A DNA stretch of 51,093 bases from IMG/VR virus record IMGVR_UViG_3300045988_122807. One strand, written 5' to 3'. The translations under genes and the position numbers were made by a program. This DNA comes from a virus. This document shows, in pieces, positions 1 through 6,196 of the stretch (within the stretch, counting starts at the first letter, position 1; the number at the start of each line of letters is the position of its first letter). The notes under the pieces are model-generated. The model did not search any database, was not told where the DNA came from, and saw only the letters and a list, made by a program, of their open reading frames with translations.

Positions 1-77
1 CCTGGGGGCGACTACCAAATCACCACTGATGCGCGGGAGGCCTTCACCAATTTTGCTGAGGTGGAGGACGGGTACAG
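1..77 (+). repeat. Terminal overlap copy 1 (identical to 51017-51093)
   Basis: Compared base by base: cctgggggcgactaccaaatcacc...gaggacgggtacag occurs at both ends. The length of 77 is typical of a de Bruijn k-mer overlap on a circular contig. Confidence 0.9.
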
Positions 78-408
78 GGTCCGCTACCCTGACGGATACG
101 AGAGCTGGAGCCCCCTGGAGGCCTTCCAGGAGGCGTACCGCCCCACTGAGCACATGAACTTCGGCCTTGCAATCGAGGCTGCCCGGAAGGGCAAACGCAT
201 TGCCCGCAAGGGGTGGAACGGAAAGGGCCAGTATGTGGAGCTGGCGTCCGCAATCTCCTATACCTCCCCCGGCGGGGAAACCGTCAATGCCAACCATGAG
301 GCTATCGGGAACCACGCTTTTGCCTTTGTCGGGACCTCTGGCGTCCAGATGGGGTGGCTGGCCTCCCAAGCTGATATGCTGGCGGATGACTGGACCATCG
401 TAGAATGA
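1..408 (+). CDS. DUF2829 / Tad2-like (Thoeris anti-defence 2 family) protein, 3' part; the ORF starts at 50957 and crosses the circular junction
   Basis: The frame is open from base 1 and continues in frame from the ATG at 50957. The C-terminal half, MNFGLAIEAARKGKRIARKGWNGKGQY...GWLASQADMLADDWTIVE, matches the DUF2829 signature as I recall it. Confidence 0.75.
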   Translation, partial: PGGDYQITTDAREAFTNFAEVEDGYRVRYPDGYESWSPLEAFQEAYRPTEHMNFGLAIEAARKGKRIARKGWNGKGQYVELASAISYTSPGGETVNANHEAIGNHAFAFVGTSGVQMGWLASQADMLADDWTIVE

Positions 409-689
409 GCTGCCAAAACTGCCTCTGTCTCACCTGTGCCAATAATGGGGAGAGCCTGAACACCAGGCCCGGCGAGGCCTCTTTCCCTTGCTATTACTGC
501 GACGCTTGTATCATGTTCATAGGGTCTATTCCCGGAGCTGTCCATACGAAGCGCCTGAACTGTGAGCACTACAAGATGTCTGAGCACTCGAAGGAGGCCA
601 AGGACAAAGCTGATGACCGTAAGGCCAGGAAGTTCCGGGCCTCCTTCAGGGTCATCGTGGGTGGAGCTGGAAAGGCCCCGGAGGAATAA
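405..689 (+). CDS. Cys-rich small protein (putative zinc-binding), function unknown
   Basis: The start overlaps the upstream stop (ATGA). The 94-aa product has CxxCxCxxC, CxxCxxC and CxH clusters followed by a Lys/Arg-rich tail. No family recognised. Confidence 0.5.
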   Translation: MSCQNCLCLTCANNGESLNTRPGEASFPCYYCDACIMFIGSIPGAVHTKRLNCEHYKMSEHSKEAKDKADDRKARKFRASFRVIVGGAGKAPEE

Positions 690-761
690 AAAAAGCCGCC
701 CCCTCCGAGGAGGGAACGACCTGTGGCAAGGAAACTATACCACGAAGGGGGCACATAGTCA

Positions 762-1283
762 ATGGGGAGCCGAAAGACCGTTGAACAGAATAGCGTGGAG
801 GAAATCATCCGGCGGGCCGTTGAAGCTGGCCGCCAGTCTGCTGAGAGGTCCGCAAAGGACGCCTTCAAAGCCACCGAGCGCCGTCTGTACGGCCTCCCCA
901 CGCTGGAGCTGAAATACAGGGATGACCTGGAGAAGCTGGCCGAGCTGAAGGCCTACGGGCCCAGGGAGCGCGATAAGAGCATTACCCGCTTCTTCAAGAC
1001 GGGGGTGCGCCTGACCAAGGAGGAGATATTCGAGGCCCAGGTCATTGACCTGGAAGCCAAGATTGCCTCCGATAAGTATGAAATCGACGCACTCCACGGG
1101 GCCCTGCGGACCGTCCAGGAGGATGAGTATTACCCCGTTATCCCTGGCCGCTATTTCAAAAATCTGCCCGACGATGCCGTGGCCGATGGGCTGCACTGTG
1201 ATACCTCCACCGTATGGCGGAACCGCAAGCGGCTGGTGCAGCGTATGGCTGTTTGGCTTTACGGGGCTGAGGCTGTTCGATAG
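762..1283 (+). CDS. Late-gene transcriptional activator, ArpU/RinA-like (sigma-70 region-4-like C-terminal HTH)
   Basis: 173 aa. The C-terminus ADGLHCDTSTVWRNRKRLVQRMAVWLYG looks like a region-4 HTH. It sits just upstream of the late promoter and packaging genes, as in RinA/ArpU phages. Confidence 0.6.
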   Translation: MGSRKTVEQNSVEEIIRRAVEAGRQSAERSAKDAFKATERRLYGLPTLELKYRDDLEKLAELKAYGPRERDKSITRFFKTGVRLTKEEIFEAQVIDLEAKIASDKYEIDALHGALRTVQEDEYYPVIPGRYFKNLPDDAVADGLHCDTSTVWRNRKRLVQRMAVWLYGAEAVR

Positions 1284-1303
1284 GCCTCCTCGGTGCCCCT
1301 TCC

Positions 1304-1362
1304 GTGCAATTTATCGGTGCAAAAAAGATGCAATAGACTGGTGCAATTTACTGTGATATAAT
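1304..1362 (+). promoter_or_regulatory. Candidate late promoter: four phased (G/A)TGCAA(T) repeats plus an extended -10 (TGaTATAAT), with no -35
   Basis: GTGCAAT at 1304-1310, GTGCAAa at 1317-1323, aTGCAAT at 1328-1334 and GTGCAAT at 1341-1347, spaced 13/11/13 bp. TG at 1354-1355 and TATAAT at 1357-1362. This is the first large intergenic gap before the late operon. Confidence 0.55.
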
Positions 1363-1374
1363 CTCAGACAATAG

Positions 1375-1432
1375 AGAAATAGCACACAGCGGCAGAAAGG
1401 CCTTCGGGCTTTCTGCCGCTGTTGCTATTTCT
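1375..1432 (+). promoter_or_regulatory. Long leader stem-loop (about 26 bp stem, TTCG loop) between the late promoter and the first late gene
   Basis: AGAAATAGCAcACAGCGGCAGAAAGgCC-TTCG-GGCTTTCTGCCGCTGTTGCTATTTCT. The GC-rich core is followed by the T-rich TTGCTATTTCT, which can also pair with the upstream AGAAATAGCA. Confidence 0.6.
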
Positions 1433-1456
1433 GAGCCCGGAAAAGGAGGTATAGCC

Positions 1457-2200
1457 GTGGACATCGTATGGAAAAGGCTGGACGAGATTACCCCATACGA
1501 AAATAACCCCAGGGACAACGACCAGGCCGTGGACGCTGTGGCCTCCTCCATCAAGGAGTTTGGCTTCAAGGTCCCAATCGTGATAGATGCCCAGGGGGTC
1601 ATCGTAGCCGGTCACACCAGACACAAGGCTGCCAAAAAGCTGGGCCTGGAGAAGGTCCCTTGCATCGTGGCCGATGACCTGAGTGACGAGCAGATCAGAG
1701 CTTTCCGGCTGGCTGATAATAAGACGGCGGAGCTGGCAGACTGGAACGAGGACCTTCTGGCCCAGGAGCTGGCCGAGATTGAAGACATCGACATGACCCT
1801 ATTCGGTTTCGGGGATGAGGAGAGCGACCTTGCCGACGAGCTGGAGGATAACCCCTACACCATGGCCACGAACGTCCCCCAGTATGAGCCCACCGGGGAG
1901 AAGCCCTCCCTCTCCCAGCTCTATGACGCCGATAAGACCGATGACCTCATAGCCGAGATTGAGGCCTCCGGCCTGAGCAAGGAGGAGAAGGGCTTCCTGC
2001 TGCGGGCCGCCGGCCGGCACACGGTTTTCAACTATGGCCTGATAGCTGAGTATTACGCCCACGCATCCCCGGAGATGCAGGAACTCATGGAGAAGTCGGC
2101 CTTGGTCATCATCGACGTGGACAATGCCATTGCCAATGGCTATGCCACCCTCATGGGTGAGGTCCTGGACGCTATGGGGGAGGCTGGGGACGATGCGTGA
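1457..2200 (+). CDS. ParB-like nuclease (ParB/Srx N-terminal) domain protein
   Basis: GTG start 7 nt after AAGGAGG. The N-terminus LDEITPYENNPRDNDQAVDAVASSIKEFGFKVPIVID..GVIVAGHTRHKAAKKLG...VADDLSDEQIRAFRLADNK is a classic ParB N-terminal domain. Confidence 0.85.
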   Translation: MDIVWKRLDEITPYENNPRDNDQAVDAVASSIKEFGFKVPIVIDAQGVIVAGHTRHKAAKKLGLEKVPCIVADDLSDEQIRAFRLADNKTAELADWNEDLLAQELAEIEDIDMTLFGFGDEESDLADELEDNPYTMATNVPQYEPTGEKPSLSQLYDADKTDDLIAEIEASGLSKEEKGFLLRAAGRHTVFNYGLIAEYYAHASPEMQELMEKSALVIIDVDNAIANGYATLMGEVLDAMGEAGDDA

Positions 2201-3053
2201 TGACTTTGCCGTGCTCATCCTGACCCATGGGAGAGCCGATAACGTGGTCACCATGAAAACCCTTCAGCGGCAGGGGTATTCCGGGAAGTGGTACATGGTC
2301 ATTGATGACGAGGACGATATGGCCGATGACTACCGCCGGAACTTCGGAGAGGAGCACATCGTCACGTTCTGCAAGCAGGAAGCCGTGGACCGAGCGGACA
2401 CCATGGACAATCTGGATGAGCACCGGGCCATCCTGTATGCCCGCAATGAGAGCTTCCGTATCGCGCGGGACCTGGGCCTGAAATACTTCCTCATGTTGGA
2501 TGACGATTACAGCGACTTCCTGTTTCGTTTCCCTGAAGGGAAGAAGATGGCCTCCAAGACCCCCAGGGGAAAGACCCTGGAGAGGATTTTCGAGGCCATG
2601 CTGGGCTTCCTGGACGCTTCCGGGGCCGCAACCGTGGCCTTTGCCCAGGGCGGTGACTTTATCGGAGGTCTGAGGGGCGGGAACTTCAAGAAGCGCCTCC
2701 TCCGTAAGGCCATGAACAGCTTCTTTTGCAGAGTGGACCGCCCCATCCAGTTCCGGGGGACCATGAACGAGGACGTGACCACCTACACCACCTTGGGGAG
2801 CCGCGGGGAGCTGTTCTTCACCTTCGTTGATGTCCATATCATCCAAATCCCCACACAATCCCTGGGCGGCGGCATGACGGCTGCCTACCGGGAGAGCGGG
2901 ACATACCTGAAAACCTTCTATTCAGTCATGTCCATGCCGTCCTGTATCAAGGTCGGGATGATGTACAGCAAGAACAGCCGGATACACCACCGCATCGACT
3001 GGGAGTGCTGCGTCCCCAAGATACTGAACGAGAAATACCGAAAGGAGAGATAG
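2193..3053 (+). CDS. GT-A-fold (GT2-like) nucleotide-sugar glycosyltransferase-like protein
   Basis: The ATG at 2193 overlaps the ParB stop. The beta1 strand AVLILTHGRAD, the YMVIDDEDD segment and the DxD-type YFLMLDDDY are spaced as in GT-A transferases. No exact family could be assigned by eye. Confidence 0.5.
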   Translation: MRDDFAVLILTHGRADNVVTMKTLQRQGYSGKWYMVIDDEDDMADDYRRNFGEEHIVTFCKQEAVDRADTMDNLDEHRAILYARNESFRIARDLGLKYFLMLDDDYSDFLFRFPEGKKMASKTPRGKTLERIFEAMLGFLDASGAATVAFAQGGDFIGGLRGGNFKKRLLRKAMNSFFCRVDRPIQFRGTMNEDVTTYTTLGSRGELFFTFVDVHIIQIPTQSLGGGMTAAYRESGTYLKTFYSVMSMPSCIKVGMMYSKNSRIHHRIDWECCVPKILNEKYRKER

Positions 3054-3057
3054 CTTC

Positions 3058-4017
3058 ATGCAGGGCATAGCTGGCGATAAGATGCTGGCCCATATTGGAA
3101 GGGTGGCCGGAGATCACCGGCCCATTACTGCCGACATCTTCCTGACGAACTACTGCAACAACCGATGTCCCTACTGCACATACAGGCGGTGGGACCTGGA
3201 GGGCGGGGCCTATTCCATGACCCTGGCCGAGTTCAAAACCTATGCCGAGCGGCTGAGGGCCCTCGGAGTGCTGGGCTTTATCCTCACTGGAGGAGGGGAG
3301 CCCACGGTTGCCCCTGACTTTCCCGCCATTGCTGGATGGCTGGAGAGCCAGGGGCTTCATTATGGCGTCAACACCAACTTCAATGAGCTGCACTTCATCA
3401 AACCCGACTATCTGAAGGTCAGCCTGGATGGGTGGGACGAGGAAAGCTACGAATGGCGCCGGGGGGTGAGGCGCTACGATACCGTCCGGGAGAATATCCA
3501 GCGTTATGCCTCCTGGAAGGAGGAGCACAGCCCCGGCACCTCCCTGGGGGTCCAGTGCGTGGTGGAGAGCGTGGGGGACGTTCTGAAGTTCTACCAGGCC
3601 AACCATGGGCTGAAGGTCGATTACATGGTATTCCGTCCCAAGGAAAGCACCGGGGGCAAGGCGTATTCTGGGGAAGCTGGGAAGGTCATCGCCTCCAGTA
3701 TTATCCGGGCCGTGAATGAGCTGGCCGCTCAAGACCCTCGCGTGGTGCTCAACTTCAAGTGGCACCTGCTGGGGACGCAGGAAACCTCTTGCGTTGCTTC
3801 CTGGGCCCAAATCGCCCTGAATGAGCGAGGCGAGGTCATGTACTGCTGCCACAAGCCCTATCAGGTCATCGGCCATGTGCTTGATGAGGATATTCTGGAA
3901 AAGAAGGCCGCCGCCGTAACTGATATGCGGACCTGTGACATACCCTGCCGGATGACCGCTCCCAATGCTTTTGTAGCCCGGACTATGGCCGAGCGTAAAG
4001 ATGTCTGCTTCATCTGA
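3058..4017 (+). CDS. Radical SAM enzyme with a Cys-rich C-terminal (SPASM/twitch-like) extension
   Basis: The CxxxCxxC motif FLTNYCNNRCPYCTY lies near the N-terminus, followed by the GGGEP SAM-binding motif (ILTGGGEPT). C-terminal cysteines: SCVASW, YCCHKPY, TCDIPC. Confidence 0.8.
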   Translation: MQGIAGDKMLAHIGRVAGDHRPITADIFLTNYCNNRCPYCTYRRWDLEGGAYSMTLAEFKTYAERLRALGVLGFILTGGGEPTVAPDFPAIAGWLESQGLHYGVNTNFNELHFIKPDYLKVSLDGWDEESYEWRRGVRRYDTVRENIQRYASWKEEHSPGTSLGVQCVVESVGDVLKFYQANHGLKVDYMVFRPKESTGGKAYSGEAGKVIASSIIRAVNELAAQDPRVVLNFKWHLLGTQETSCVASWAQIALNERGEVMYCCHKPYQVIGHVLDEDILEKKAAAVTDMRTCDIPCRMTAPNAFVARTMAERKDVCFI

Positions 4018-4043
4018 GCGGGCACCTGACCAAGGAACGAGAG

Positions 4044-4547
4044 GTGGTGAGAGTGGCCCATCAGAACAACGAGCAGAACCTTATCCCCTTCAATGAGCGA
4101 ACCGAGGACGAACGGAGGGAACTGGCTTCCAAAGCTGGGAAGGCCTCTGGAGCTGCCCGCCGGAAGAAACGGACCATGAAGGCCACCGCCAAAATGCTGT
4201 TTGACCTCCCTATCACCTCCAAGGAGCTGAAGCAAAAACTGGCTCTGCTGGGCGTTGACACGGATGATGCCACATACCAAACCGCCGTCATGGTGGCTAT
4301 GCTCAACCAGGCCATGAAGGGCAATGTCAAGGCTGCCGCCTTCTGCCGGGAGCTGCTGGGAGAGGACCCGTCCATCCAGCTCCGCCGGGATGAGCTGAAG
4401 CTGTCCCGGGAGAAGTTCCAGCATGAGAAGGCCATGGACGAGCGCACCGTGGCCGCAGACGAGCAGAAGGCGTCCCTGGCTGATGCTATCCAGGCAGCCT
4501 ACCAAATGCGGCTCAAACGTGAGCAGACGGGCGGTGACGATGAATGA
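4044..4547 (+). CDS. terS: Terminase small subunit
   Basis: Lies immediately upstream of terL and overlaps it. The N-terminus NLIPFNERTEDERRELASKAGKASGAARRKKR is typical of Firmicute-phage small terminases. Confidence 0.65.
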   Translation: MVRVAHQNNEQNLIPFNERTEDERRELASKAGKASGAARRKKRTMKATAKMLFDLPITSKELKQKLALLGVDTDDATYQTAVMVAMLNQAMKGNVKAAAFCRELLGEDPSIQLRRDELKLSREKFQHEKAMDERTVAADEQKASLADAIQAAYQMRLKREQTGGDDE

Positions 4548-5986
4548 TAGACCCGGAGGCAATCCTGTACTATGCGGACAACCCTGTGGACTTTGTGGAG
4601 GACATCATCCGGGCAAAGCCTGACCCCAACCAGCGGGACATACTCAACTCCATTGCCAAGTATCCTATGACCTCTGTTCGGTCCGGCCACGGCATCGGCA
4701 AGTCTGCTGTGGAGAGCTGGGCCGTTATCTGGTTTCTGGCAACCAGGCCCTTCCCCAAGATACCATGCACAGCCCCCACTCAGCACCAGCTCTGGGACAT
4801 TCTGTGGGCTGAAATCGCCAAATGGTTGAGGTCCAACCCCGTACTGAGCAACGACCTTATCTGGACCCGCGAAAAGGTCTATATGAGGGGCTACCCGGAA
4901 GAATGGTTTGCGGTAGCCCGGACCGCCAGCAAGCCCGACGCCCTCCAGGGCTTCCATGCTGACCATGTGCTCTATATCATCGACGAGGCCTCCGGCGTCC
5001 GGGATGATATTTTCGAGCCTGTCCTGGGCGCCCTCTCCACCGAGGGGGCCCGCCTGGTTATGTGCGGGAACCCTACTAAAATCACCGGCTTTTTCTATGA
5101 TAGCCACCACAAGAACCGGGCGCAGTACAGCACCCTCCACATTGATGGCCGGAACAGCAGCCGGGTAGATGAGGAGTTCATCCGAACCATCATTGAGATG
5201 TTCGGGGAGGACAGCGACGTTTTTAGGGTCCGCGTGGCCGGGGACTTCCCCAAGGCCCTGCCCGATAGCTTCATAGCTATGGAGTGGGCGGAGAGGGCCA
5301 GCGAGGGTGAACCCCCCGCCATTGAGCGTGTCCTGAGAGTGGACATCGGCATTGACGTGGCCCGGTATGGAGATGACAGCAGCGTACTTTCCCCCGTGCT
5401 GGATAAAGCCGTTCAGGGTGAGCCTCTGGTTTACCACCACAACGACACCATGGAGCTGGCCGGGAGAGCTGTTCAGGCCATCAAGACCTATGCCAGGGCC
5501 CACGAATGGGCCTCTATTTTCGTCAAGGTGGACTGTGACGGCCTGGGTGTGGGGGTATATGACCGCCTGGCAGAGCAGAGGGCTGAAATCGTGGGGGCTG
5601 TCGAGGCTGACCGGGCCGCTCGGTATGAGGGCGAGGACCCGGACAAAATCCCCCCTCCGTTTCATCTGGAGGTCCTGGAGTGCCACTTCGGGGGCGAAGG
5701 TGGGCGGATTACGGATGATGACCCTATCGAATACCAGAACAGCACCGGGCTCATGTGGGGCGCCGTGCGGGAGGCCCTGAGAACCGGCAGCCTTCACCTC
5801 TGGTATAACGACCAGCAGATCAGTCAGCTATCCAACAGGAAGTATTCCGTCAATAGCTCTGGCCGGATTGAGCTGGAGCGCAAGGAGGCCATGAAAAAGC
5901 GGGGGCTTTCCTCCCCCGATATGGCCGACGCCCTGGCCCTGGCCCTCCACGACCCCGTCGTGAGCGACTGGAGCCTTGAATTTTGA
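4544..5986 (+). CDS. terL: Terminase large subunit
   Basis: Walker A-like SGHGIGKS and Walker B LYIIDEASG, with a C-terminal nuclease-like region (DIGIDVARYGDDSSV). Sits upstream of the portal. Confidence 0.9.
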   Translation: MIDPEAILYYADNPVDFVEDIIRAKPDPNQRDILNSIAKYPMTSVRSGHGIGKSAVESWAVIWFLATRPFPKIPCTAPTQHQLWDILWAEIAKWLRSNPVLSNDLIWTREKVYMRGYPEEWFAVARTASKPDALQGFHADHVLYIIDEASGVRDDIFEPVLGALSTEGARLVMCGNPTKITGFFYDSHHKNRAQYSTLHIDGRNSSRVDEEFIRTIIEMFGEDSDVFRVRVAGDFPKALPDSFIAMEWAERASEGEPPAIERVLRVDIGIDVARYGDDSSVLSPVLDKAVQGEPLVYHHNDTMELAGRAVQAIKTYARAHEWASIFVKVDCDGLGVGVYDRLAEQRAEIVGAVEADRAARYEGEDPDKIPPPFHLEVLECHFGGEGGRITDDDPIEYQNSTGLMWGAVREALRTGSLHLWYNDQQISQLSNRKYSVNSSGRIELERKEAMKKRGLSSPDMADALALALHDPVVSDWSLEF

Positions 5987-6004
5987 CATCGAGGAGGAAA
6001 CACC

Positions 6005-6196
6005 GTGAAGAAGTTGAACGGGTATCTTGTGGGAGGCAAGGGCCTCCCGATGAAGTTCATCCGGGCCGAGAATGTGAAGGACGCCCGCCGGCTGTGGAGA
6101 GCCAAGACTAACTCCGGCAAATCCACCGCCCCTGCCGTCTCCCAAGTGACCTGGAGGAAACCCCGCCCCCGGCAGAAGAAGGGGGTCGAGGAGTAA
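6005..6196 (+). CDS. Small basic hypothetical protein
   Basis: GTG start 6 nt after GAGGAGGAAA. Fills the terL-portal gap. 63 aa. Confidence 0.4.
   Translation: MKKLNGYLVGGKGLPMKFIRAENVKDARRLWRAKTNSGKSTAPAVSQVTWRKPRPRQKKGVEE

Noticed and set aside
1-77. The 77-bp terminal repeat as a biological direct terminal repeat or cos region
   Set aside because: It is an exact overlap of k-mer-like length lying inside a coding sequence that reads through it. An assembly artefact of a circular molecule is the most economical explanation. Only read data could show otherwise.
405-689. The Cys-rich 94-aa ORF as a RiPP precursor for the radical-SAM/SPASM-like enzyme
   Set aside because: The cysteines are N-terminal with a basic C-terminal tail, the reverse of a leader-core layout. 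The gene is separated from the rSAM gene by the late activator, a promoter and two other genes. A zinc-binding regulator is more plausible.
2124-2192. Upstream-extended starts given in the ORF track (2124, 9293, 30030, 38130, 43752, 29304 and others)
   Set aside because: The extensions overlap the preceding gene in another frame, lack RBSs and encode Pro/Arg/Trp-rich junk. Internal starts with AGGAGG-type RBSs or ATGA/TGATG coupling fit better.
3058-4017. The radical-SAM protein as a viperin-like antiviral enzyme, QueE, or NrdG
   Set aside because: No 7-deazaguanine genes (QueC/QueD/DpdA), no anaerobic RNR and no viperin-like C-terminal signature are visible. The Cys-rich C-terminus looks SPASM/twitch-like instead. 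The question remains open pending profile searches.
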